A stretch of DNA of 64,000 nucleotides from NCBI GenBank assembly GCA_023213395.1, contig CM041465.1:215519741-215583740 (forward strand). The letters run 5' to 3'. Source of the stretch: Cycas panzhihuaensis (taxonomy: Eukaryota; Plantae; Cycadophyta). Under the pieces are notes generated by a model. It had not been told where the DNA came from. It made no database searches and saw only the letters and a list, made by a program, of their open reading frames with translations. This document shows positions 53,401 through 64,000 of the stretch, piece by piece (the stretch's first letter is position 1; the number at the start of each line of letters is the position of its first letter). Made by a program: the position numbers and the translations under genes.

Positions 53401-55100
53401 AAAATTAGCCCTGTAAACCATATTAAATTGTAAAGAGAATCAGGGTCATTCGATATAAATACCCTAGATTCTACGGCTGAGATTTATGCCTTGGATGTCC
53501 CTCTCATGTAGCCTGATTTAGGGATTTTCTTATTATGTTGTACGTAATATAATGTACTGTGATGAGGGTGGTGGCTAGTTGTTGTTCCTAAGAGTACTCT
53601 GCTACTGAGATGGACTTTATCTTCATTTTACAATAATAAAGATCAATACCTTTCCTATGTGGATGTTTCCCTACCACACTACTAGGGTTTTACCATGTTA
53701 TATCGGGTGCATATGTGATGTTTGGCTTTTATATTGATGTTATTATATTATCTCTGATTTTAGAACTTGTATGTTAAATCTTAGTTTTGATTCTTGTAAC
53801 TAGTTAGAAAATAGTTCAGATCTTGTGGCGGTTCAAGGTTTGGGACCTTGTATTCTCAACAACTATGTCTTGGGTTGTCCCCATGAACATGGCATTCCCC
53901 TCCTCAAAGTGGAGGGGGGATCAGTCAACAGGAAGGGATGGAATAGAGGATGGAGTTGGGTCAGCAAGAGAAGACCCAATAGGTAAGACCTTCTAATATC
54001 CAAGCTCCACCCCATGGATAACCATGCTTTGAGAAGATGAAGGGTGAGGAGAAGTAGAGACAGTAGGACCATGGTGGTCATCACATGGCTCAGTGTTCTT
54101 GATAGGCTCCCTAGAAGAGTCAGAAAGAGGTCCCTCATAAGGGACAAGAGGAGGCTCCCCAACTTTGTTACCTATGTGCAACAATGAAAGGAGGGACTTG
54201 AGGAGCACCTTATCAACAGGGGTAATGACATGAGATACAAGAGGAGAACTAGTTTCTCTAACTGTAGGGGTTCTAGAGCAGGATCTAGAACAAAGGAGGT
54301 GCCTCCCACTTATGCCCATAAGGGAAACAGGGTGAGGGAGATCCTTGTCCTCACCATCAAACTCATCGTCACTAAGGATGTCAAGGTACTCATAACTTCT
54401 GACACCAATAGGAGCGAACCGTGTGAGGTAGGGAGAAGAGGATGAGGGGTCTTCTTCCAAATGGGATAAGTCAGGGATATCAATAGAACAAGCAGAGGCG
54501 TAGGTAGAAAGGCCTTTATCACCTTTCATTTGGCCATCAGACGCTTGACAGGATTGATGCGGTTGTTTAATAAGAGGGAGCTCTCAAGTGACGACTCTTA
54601 TTTGCCCTTCGTGGACAAATTTAAGTTGCCCCCAACAGGATGAGCACACGGCTCTCATCTAATCGATCCATGGGTGTCCCAACAATCGATTGTAGTCAAC
54701 ATCAACGTCAAGGACTACAATATCAGTGAGAACAGTCTTGTCCTCAAGAGTAAGCGGGATAGACACCGATCCCAAGGGTGCCTTTTTACTACCGTCGTAG
54801 CCTTGGCACTACCATGGAACTGGTTCTAAAGCTGAAATACTGAGCTCTTGTATAACACTTAAGGGCATGGCATTAATGAAAGAACCATTGTCAACAACAG
54901 TTCTTCGTAGAATGTAATATGGAGTATCGATGGTAATAGTGAAAGGGAAGTGTCATTGGCATACCCTTTCACTAGAAGGGGGAAGATCCTTAAGATCAAA
55001 GGAAATGACAGGTTCATGGCTCAAGGTGACTCCCAAGGCGTGAATGGGCATGCCATCTAATCCTAAGGCCTTTAAAAGCAATGTGCGTTATTCAGGACAG
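50445..55100 (-). pseudogene. pol of E (PR, RT, RH, INT), split by a solo LTR
   Basis: RTVVDNGSFINAMP (PR), MDGFSGYNQI and MPFGLKNVGATYQ (RT), PFILYTSVTDEFIGAMLAQ (RH), HHGICGGH..GYYW, PFSQWGLDLIG, SSPYYPQSNNQVE and WIGPFVI (INT). Confidence 0.93.
53217..53861 (+). mobile_element. Copia solo LTR (A/B family), inserted in E between PR and RT
   Basis: TGTTGG...CTCAACA, 645 bp, perfect TSD ACTAT on both sides. Confidence 0.94.
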
Positions 55101-55429
55101 CTCCTCAAGACGTCCACTATGGATATTCTGGCAACCACATTATGGAGCTCATTAATGACCGAGAAAGGCTTCCCCTTCACAGTGGATTGGGGAAGGTCCC
55201 TTCAAAAGTTGTAATGACTGAGGTGCACAGGAATGGTCTTGGGGAGTGTGGGGGCTTCCAGAAGAGAAGTTTCCAGAAGAGGGTTAGGATGAGATATGGA
55301 TGAAGAGGTACCATTCACCTCGTTGATCGCTTGAGACCGAGTTAAGGCATACAATGGGGTGGTCTCAAGCAATTAAATAACCTTCTTTCCCTTATTCAAG
55401 GATTTCAAAGGTGATGGGGTATGTCAGTT

Positions 55430-57670
55430 AGGAGAATTTAAGGCAGAGGATGAATTCTTCGCACCTTTCCCTTTGGCTTGAGATGAGCGAGGATTAGGAG
55501 ACGTCCCTCAATTCTAGTTATTCTTCTACTGGGGTTATGATCACATTCCCCATGTTTGGGGAAGGGATCTCTATGAACAGACTGATCTAGGTTGGGTCTA
55601 GATGCCCATTTTGAGGAAGAGTCGCATTGTGGGGCAGCCTTAGGATACTGCTCCTGACACCGTGCATCATCAGGGAAATAGTCCTCATGGATGGAGCACC
55701 ACTTCTTCTCAAGGGAGGAATCAAGTTTCCTTGCTTGAGAGGACTGGGTATGGCCACCCTTGGAAGGAGTGACTTGTAAAGGCTGGTGAACTAGCTTGTT
55801 GGAAGTGGGATATGAAGAAGTTTGAAGCTTGAGTTCCTTCATCATACGTTCAAACAAACATATGGCTGAAGTAAGGGGATCTAGGGTCTTCTTAGTGGAA
55901 TGGGAAGAAGACCTAGAGGGTTATTGAGATTTAGTTTCTTTTGATGGTAGTGGTGCATCACATCATTGTGAGGACTTAAGAGATTTCTTGAGTCTAGCTT
56001 AGATCTTAATGGCCTCGACTGCTAAGCACTTTACTATAGTGGAGTCACACGCAGTTGCCCCCATCTTAAGGACTTCTACGTGAACTTCTAGATTAAGGGC
56101 ATTGATAAAAAGGTCCATCTTTAACTCCTCGGGCAAAGTAGCCTTAGTGGAGTGAAGAAGGTCGTGGAAACGCCGCACAAAGTCATGATTCATCTCATCA
56201 TGGCCTTGTTTAAGTAACAGAAGGGATTTCATTCCACTCTCAAATGGGAGAGCCACATCAAAGTAGTTGACGAATTCATCCACGAGTTGTTGGAATGAGA
56301 AGATAGAATGTGCAGGTAGGCAATAAAACCATTTAAGGGCATCACCTTGAAGAGACCGCAAGAATAGTTTCATGAGGATGTGCTCGTAAGCCCAATAATC
56401 AATGCATGCCATAGAGAAGCTATAAACATGCTCCACTGGCTCTTGTGACAAAGTCCCATTGAATTTGGGGACTTCAGGGGGGTGAGGCGATAAGTTAGTC
56501 CTTAGCGCCTCAATGGATAATGGGGTTGACCGATAGTCCATAAAGGGTCATGCCCTTGACTAGACCATAGGGTCAACAGATGCAGGAAATAATGGTGAGT
56601 AGGTTTGGCAAAACCCTCCTTGGAGGGTTTGGTTCGAAAGGGGATGTTATCCTCCTATTGCTTGATGAGGAGGCATGAATCCCATATTCGAAGAAACCTA
56701 CATGGGAGCAGATAGGTATGACATACATATCCCTCCTAGAGAGGGAACTCGTTATTAAAAAGGAGCCTAAGGGAAAGTGCCTTGGGAAGGAGTTGGGCCT
56801 CCTTGTAAAGGCACAATGTAAGGTGCCATACAAGATGGTGAAAAGGAGGGGTGAGGAACCGAATTCTGCCCATATGGGCCGCCCATAGGTGGTGTGACCC
56901 CGTAAGGATGTAGAGGGTCCAACCCATAAGCCGGTAAGGAATTCCCTTTACCATGCCCCCATAATTAAGTAGTGTAACTAGGAGGTAGGTAAAGAGAAGC
57001 GTCCTTAAGTTGATGTTGGGATTGTGTGGGGACAGACCCCATGTGACTAGAAGTAGGGGGACATATGGGTATGCCCCCATAATTAAGTAGTGTAACTAGG
57101 AGGTAGGTAAAGAGAAGCGTCCTTAAGTTGATGTTGGGATTGTGTTGGGACAGACCCCATGTGACTAGAAGTAGCGGGACATATGGGTCCCCTAAGTCTA
57201 GTAGGTGAATAAACAATGGTAGGAGGAGGGCTAGTGGTTTGACTAGCTGGGGGCATGCTCAACCCAAGTTGGGAAGATGACATGCCCTGAGTGGTCCCCA
57301 AGGTGCATATGCCATGGGGAGAAGAAGAAGATGCAAAAGGCAAGCTCATCATGGGTAAAGTAGTTGAACAGGATGAGCGAGGTGAAGGAGATGTGGAAGA
57401 AGGTGGTATAATACCTCGCAAAACCTCCTCAAACCACCTTGGGCATAGTTGGAGACATGCATCTTGGAAGCATTGACTTAAAGCTTCTACTACATCAGTG
57501 AGAGGGGTATCCACCTGATCGTACGAGGTGGAAGGGGCCTCATATGAAGTGGGCCCCATAGGGCGGTCCTCATGAGAATCGCCATAGGAATGGAAAAACT
57601 CCAAAGGAGATGTAGGTTCTACTTCATGAGTAGAAGATTGATGAGATTGGGGGTGTGGTTGGTCACCCAA
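55430..57670 (-). pseudogene. gag of E (Pro/Ser-rich N-terminus and retrotransposon gag domain)
   Basis: ORF 55999-56541: PKFNGTLSQEPVEHV...KLFLRSLQGDALKWFYCLPAHSIFSFQQLVDEFVNYF...LKQG. Confidence 0.88.
56953..57188. repeat. 118-bp tandem duplication with 2 mismatches, in the gag of E
   Basis: 56953-57070 repeats as 57071-57188. Confidence 0.95.
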
Positions 57671-59227
57671 ATAATAAATGGGGTCTTCACTTCCTTAGGC
57701 GGACCCTTGGAAGGAAGTAGATGGATCTAAGGAATTAGACACGTAGGCGTGGTATGTCCAATCTGAAAGAGATCCCTCCATGATCAGATTAGGATCTGAT
57801 GTGGTAAGGGAATGATAAGCAGGCTCTTCTAACAACGGGGGTAGGCCTCATAAGCGACATGAGAATCGTCACATAAAAGTCCTACCTATGCGTTGGGAGA
57901 AGAAGGAAACAAGGTTATGCACATGTTAGGCGCTGCTTAATAAAAACAAGGAGGAAAGCTACCAAGAGGTAGCAACACCAACAAGAGAGGGAGGAAGACT
58001 AATTCCCTTACTAGCAGGTCCCCAGTATGGTTACTAGTGGAATCACATCTATAGGGATGCATGTCTCATGGAGAAGCATGTCTCGTGGGTCATCATAGGC
58101 TAAGGACATGTGACATGATCAAGCAAGATGCATAATCAATCATAAAACTAAGCCAATCAATCATACAATTCAAACAACACTTCAATCTATAATCTCTGAA
58201 GTGACTAAGATGGGAGAGGGAAGCATACATGTGCTTACCTGAGTTAACCTGTCCATACCCATTCCTGGTAGGCAGGAAACATGAACTAAACCCATGCTTG
58301 GTTGTGGGATGGATACTTATAATGGGGAAGTAATAGAGATCAGTTGAGGAACTTAGGAAGTGAGTTGAGAGGAAGCTTGAGATAACTCAGGCCCTATCTT
58401 ATGTGAGGGATCAATGGAAGAAGATATGGTAGTAGTGTTTTTTATAAGTAAAATCATGGATTATGCTATTATTCGAGGTATAAAGTGGAGCTATATGGAT
58501 TATATCAAAGTTGGGTTAGCTATTGAAGAGGTCAAGACATTAAAGAGTAAGTGGCATGGCTAAGAATAAGTTGATTCTCCTGTTACTACTTCGAAATGAT
58601 TCCTTATAGCCACAATGATATCCCATGGAGGGGTATAAGTCTAATCAAAGGTAAGGATGTGCTTGCCCTAATGACCATGATCAAATGAGAAAGAGTGGAT
58701 GGATGTTTCAAGAACTTGAGGAGGTTCATAAGGGGGATGGGCCCTATGCCATAAGCAAAGGACTGTAATAGGTCCTAGTCAACCCCATCATCTTCTTCAC
58801 CTAGGTAAAGTGGGTTTACTTCATGAGAATAAGAAGCATCAAAGTGGGGCCACTCTTGAGTGAGGAGTTGATAGGGATCTTGAGAATATGAGAGATCATG
58901 TGGCCATCCTAAAGGAACATAGACTACCATAGGTGACACCTAATTAGTTGTTCGAATGCAAGAATAACCTAAATCATGTTTAGAAGGAGGAAGACCATGA
59001 AGATGACAAGAAAATTATTACATGTGGGTGGCCAAGCAAAATGTATAGTAGTTGAGGGAAACATGCCCCAAGTTCTATGGATGGGAGAAATGCATGTGCA
59101 GGATCCTCACACAATAAGGTAAGATGAATGCTCTAACTCAAAGGGCAAAAATAGAAGGAAGAAATAGGTAAAGGCTAAGTGGATTTAAGTGAATACCCAA
59201 CTAGCGAGTCTTGAGTATGGTCATTAA

Positions 59228-61663
59228 TGAACGCAATCTGATGGGAGGATGGATACACAAATTCAACCAAGCAATGAAACCCTACAATATTAAAAAGTCA
59301 TGTGAGGTAGGGTATCAGTAAATACCCCTTGCAAGGCACTCATGCATCTCTTGGATATAAGTGTGAGGTTTGAAAAAGAGGAATTTTAAGGCTAGTTGGA
59401 AATTATAAGCAAAACGAGTATGTATATATACCTATCATAGATAAAATGATAGGTAAGAACCTATGATAGTATAGTTATGAAGCACACTCCTAATGCAACT
59501 ACATGTACATTTTAATTATACATACCTAATAATTAGCTTGAACTAGCATGCACCCTTTTGGCCTCATGAGTTTGATAACTTGTAACAAGTAATCCTCCCT
59601 TTCGTTTCAACCCTTTTGAAAATAAGCTTATTCTAGAGGAATATGTTATGTGTAATGAAAATAAGGTAATTCTCTTTTTTGGTGTTTTTTTTATTTTCTC
59701 TTTTTTTGAAGTAACACTAACTCTTATAAGTGGTGGGGGGGAGGGGGGTACAGAGAGAGAGACCACTCAAGTAAACAAGAAGTAAATAACCCTATCCTTC
59801 TCTTCTTCTACCATTTTTATTTTCTTTTTTTCTTCTTCTTCTTTTTTTAAGAAAGGGAAAGCAACAACAAAAGGAAACCTACTCTTTTTTTTTAAAGGCA
59901 AACGTCAATAAAAGAAAGCCTACTTTCTCCCTTTCTTTTCTTTTTTTTGGGGGAAAATAAAAGTGAATGGGATACCTAGAGGAATGTTTAGTTTACCATG
60001 CAATATCTCTTTATGATCCCCTTTCTTTTTAATTCATTGAAAGAGTCCTCAAATGTACTTAAGTAAATGTGGAATATATGTGCTAAAATCCTAAGAGAAA
60101 TTCAACAATATTTTTTCTTGTTGAATCATAACATGACAAAAAAAAAATGGTCTAATCTTGAAATGTTACAAAAATCTTAATCAAAACAAAGTTGGGCTTA
60201 TCTCATGCCTTTGTACAATTGTGGCCAAAATCCAATAGCATTTTAGTTACACAATAGGCACTCTATCTTATCAAAGCAAAGTAATGAAAATATAAGAGAT
60301 GGAAGAGGAGGATGAGCTCACTCCAAAGCACTCCAAACCCTATAATAATGTAAATATGCTCCTCCTATAAGAGCAAACAAGAGCATACACCAAAAAGAAA
60401 CTAAATCTATAAAGAAAAATGCCTGAATTGTCAAGAAATGACTATTGAAGGCACTCAAACTAGTAACTTGGTGAGCAAACCAATGTCTCCTAATACCAAT
60501 GTAAACCAAGTAGTACCTAGTTACAACTTCTCCCTACAAAGTTAATTGGCCCCATGGGTAACAAACAAATAAGAAGGAAGGCTAAAACAAAGATATCGAA
60601 AGGTAAGAAAAATAATACTTAACTCATCTAAAGCAAAAGAACAACAAATAAACTAGGAGATTACCTTGCCAATGGAGTATAGGAGAGGATTACCTCATTT
60701 AAAATGGTGAAAGTGGGGGCCAATGACCTAAATATTTCAACCAAATGGGGCTCCAATATAGCTAGGTATGTAATCTCCAAGCTAGGATATGATGCAAGTT
60801 GGTAGATCAAGACAAATGCCAAATTCTAATAGAATTTTAGAAACATAATGATAGTAACTTCATGTAAACACTTAACCTCCTATTTTAACAAAAAAAATAG
60901 GGGTTAAATAGATGAAGGTGAGGGTAGGGTGGTTGGTTTTCAACCCATGGTATGAGTGAAAATAATGAATTTAAATCCAAAGGTCTTGCCTATGGATTTA
61001 TCTTTAAACAATATAGAATTAAAGATTTTTGATGTGATATGGCCCCTTGGGTAGAAAAAAATTGATATGTAAAGATTCATAGCTAATAAACACTATGTTA
61101 AGACTACATAGGTATAATAAATACACCATTTGTCATTCTTAAGACTATTTCTTAATAGGTGATTGTTGTACCATAAAGTTTTCATGGTACCATAAAGAAC
61201 TTTGTGGTACTAATTTTCTCTAGTAAAAACAACATTATGCTACCTAGAAATTATAGAAAATAGATATCAATAAATGTGATGTGTAGAAATAAGTATAGGA
61301 TGAATAAAAAGGAAAGAAAATGATAAAAATCAAAAAATAAATAAAGGCAAAATTAAGGGAGCAATGAAAATATGAGATGAATGACAAGGTAAAATAGACC
61401 AATTAGACTTTGCAAGAATATTAAATAACCTTTCTCAACTTGAGAAGCCAAATGAGTAGACTAAATAGCCATCAACCAAGGTTAAACTCATTATTAGCTA
61501 AGAAAGTAGCATGGCCCACCAAGCCAACAGGTAAGCAAACAAAACGCATGCCTATATCCTAATGATATAACATAACAAACAATGGATAATATAGAGAAGT
61601 GGATATATACATTCACTTACCTAGCATCGTGATTTCCATGTCATTCTTAGAAGCTAGCAAATA
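59228..61663 (-). repeat. 5' LTR of D (~2.4 kb)
   Basis: Adjacent to the PBS and collinear with 33197-33456 plus 40065-42470. Confidence 0.85.
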
Positions 61664-62389
61664 ATATCTGAATACTATTAATAGATCTATATCTTAGAAT
61701 ATTTAGCATATATAGAGTCAGATATAGATCTTATAAAATATCTTTATGAAGACCATCTAGAATTTAGCATCTCTATTTAGGAAAACTCAAGATGATTAAT
61801 AAAATCCAATAGTGGATTTTCTCTATCTGAGCATTCTAGTGGGTGTATTTTATGTTATGCCACCCTAAACATTTTAAATAAAGAAGTATTATCACTAGGC
61901 ATACTAAACTATCATAAAAGACAGTTCTAATAAGTAACAAGAAAGATGGAGACCATCTTAATGAAGGGAAAAATAGTCCATGGAATATGATATCACTTTT
62001 TTAATAACTTGATTAACCTAAAACAACCACTTATAACCAACATTTTATATAGACATATTTAACTTTTGTCTCATATTAGTTCCCTTTATTTCATTCCAAA
62101 ATTTTTTATTAAAGGCTAGAGTAATATCCTAAGAGGTCGTTAACTTGATCCCAAATGAGAAAGAACTTTGAGAATACTTCATTACAATTACCATTTCTAA
62201 AGGATACCATTGTTGATCCTAAGAAGTCAATTAAAAGTATTTAAGATAATATTATTCTAAATTATCAAGAAGATCATAGCATAAACACTATAGCTATTAT
62301 AGAAAATCATGGTAATCATGAGGAAAAATTTTAATGGAGAAGAAATAAGCAACAAAGAAGAGAAGAGAATGAGGAAGATATGTTACCTT

Positions 62390-63740
62390 GGATGACTAAT
62401 GATCCCTTAAACCTAGGGGGAAACCTTCATGATGCACATGATAAAGCATGGGATGTTATCTCTAAATTTTATTAGGATAACTCAATGGTTGGGGAAACAC
62501 ACCTTGAGATGTTTTCCCTTATGAGTAAGAAGTTCAATATGACTCATCTTTATATCATAGTAAGATTATTCATTCATTAGTTAGAAGGAAGAGCCTCTAA
62601 CTAGTTTTAAAGTTTTTAACACAACTTAATCACTAGCTAGGCCACCTTGATGGTTGCTTTTACACCTAAATATTTTAGTTCAAAGTCTAATACTACCCTA
62701 GTTAGGAATTTGTTAACTATAAGAAAAGGGTCTAAAGAGACACTCTTAGATTTCATGGAAATATTTAAAAAGATAGTCAAATCAATCTTAATTATTAAAA
62801 GACTATCAAATTAATCTCAACTCAAATGGTTCTTAGAAGGTTTTGTCTATGAGATGCATATGGTCATGATGGGAAGATTTTTAAACAATTTTAATCAATC
62901 CTAAGATATGACATTGGAATTTTAAAAAATGGTGGATATATTTAGAAGGAGAAATATACTAACTAAATTGGTTCACCCAAGTGAAAATGCAAGAAATACT
63001 CTTAACTTAGATCCTTATACTAAAACTCTATTTACAAGGATGAATAATGATTTATAATTCTTAAAAAGGTAAACGAATGGAAAAGAACTCCAAATACTAG
63101 TCATTATATGGTGTAATATAGGAAATGGTCATTATCAAAAAATAACCATGACTACATATGAAGATGTGTAAGAAGAGTCTCTAATGGAAAAACCACACAT
63201 TTATTTCAAAGATTTAGCATTAGGGTCCTATAGAGAAGAGTCTTCATCTACTTGTTTAAAGTGTACAATCATGATATCCTTTGGATATCTTGAATAAGAA
63301 TAAATAAAGGAAATGGACATGGTTGTTCCTACTAAGGCACAAAATATTAGACTAAGAGACCCTCAAAAAATCTTAACTAAAGAACTAATCATTTTGGAAC
63401 AATCACCTAAGATAATAAGCTAAATGAGCCTAGAGGGTTGGCTACCAAAATATACCTAGTTCTTAGGGCTCAAGAAGGTCTAGCTAAGGAAGTACCCAAA
63501 GAGTATGATAAAGTAAAATGTTTACAAAAATACTTAGTTTATATAAATCTATATCAAGTATTCAAAATCTTAGAGCAAAGAAGAAAAGTTTTAGAGATGT
63601 TTCAACCAAGGAATAATAATATCAATATACATAATGTTGTAGATGAACACATTTTGTAAATAACTTATTTACTTACTAAAGTAAAGAACCCTCCATTTTA
63701 TATATAGATGTATGTTTATAATAATCACATACTCCATAAA
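62390..63740 (+). pseudogene. Decayed Gypsy gag and the start of a protease region (non-chromoviral)
   Basis: PWMTNDPLNLGGNLHD...IVRLFIH*LEGRASN*F...ITS*ATLMVAF...IRKGSKETLLDF follows the retrotransposon gag pattern. KNPPFYI near 63685 is typical just before the protease. Confidence 0.65.
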
Positions 63741-64000
63741 TTTAGAAGTAGAACACTAATGGATTAATAGTGATGAATGACTTTAATTTAGTGCTTTCTT
63801 TTACAATCCCTAGTGTGAGCTCTTCTCTAACCTTTTATTAGTGCCCATATAGCCCACACATAAAATCTATAATGTTCTTTTTCCCTATACAACTATAGAT
63901 ATGATAAGCATTTAAAATACTTGGTTTTGGAATGAAGTGGCCATGGTTTTTTAATTTGAGGTTGAGGATCTTGATTGTTTATAGTAGACATGTAAGAAAC

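Larger units (their letters stand above)
46480..58281 (-). mobile_element. Tat-clade Gypsy E, full-length but decayed, with an extra RNase H downstream of INT (TatII-like order)
   Basis: LTRs 58038-58281 and 46480-46706 (~27 substitutions plus a 17-bp indel). Arg-type PBS TAGTAACCATACTGGGGAC at 58036-58018, PPT AAGGAGGAAG, TSD GGAAC/TGAAC. Confidence 0.93.
33197..61663 (-). mobile_element. Tat-clade Gypsy D: LTR-PBS-gag-PR-LTR without RT, RH or INT; hosts three direct insertions
   Basis: 5' LTR 59228-61663; 3' LTR 33197-33456 plus 40065-42470; decayed PBS TAATGACCATACT at 59226; gag at ~44700-45250; PR remnant at ~43250-43650; TSD ATACC (33192-33196) / ATATC (61664-61668). Confidence 0.8.

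Noticed and set aside
50735-54529. Many small alternative-frame and antisense ORFs over the pol of E
   Set aside because: They are shadows of the decayed pol frame in locally higher-GC sequence.
63740-64000. Possible new element or zinc knuckle (CGLYGH on the minus strand)
   Set aside because: Too short and degenerate at the window edge to support a call.

Overview
AT-rich, CpG-depleted plant nuclear DNA made almost entirely of decayed, nested LTR retrotransposons. No intact host gene, RNA gene or CRISPR array was found. The mix of element types suggests a gymnosperm-like host (inference). Element letters are my own labels. Left nest: Tat-clade Gypsy F (9031-21439, -) is interrupted by Copia G (10129-17531, +) and by a tandem pair of Tnt1/Tork-like Copia units A and B that share one LTR (4313-9030, -). 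B is interrupted by LTR element C (<1-4312, -), whose internal region holds a broken LRR receptor-kinase fragment and a double PBS. Right nest: pol-less Tat element D (33197-61663, -) carries a chromodomain Gypsy (Reina-like, 33457-40064, +), a Copia solo LTR and a full-length Tat element E (46480-58281, -), which holds a second solo LTR. D itself splits a heavily decayed Gypsy-like region (accessory ORF at ~29.1-32.4 kb, gag at ~62.4 kb). Most notable: (1) a head-to-head accessory cassette in the 3' region of E, with an RNase HI ORF bearing an unknown N-terminal domain, a CpG-retaining palindrome and an antisense PMD-like ORF; (2) a prion-like QGGP heptad-repeat domain in the Gag of G, visible only after reverting C>T stops; (3) LRR-RLK fragment capture by C. 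All alignments, translations and counts were done by eye; no database searches were run.
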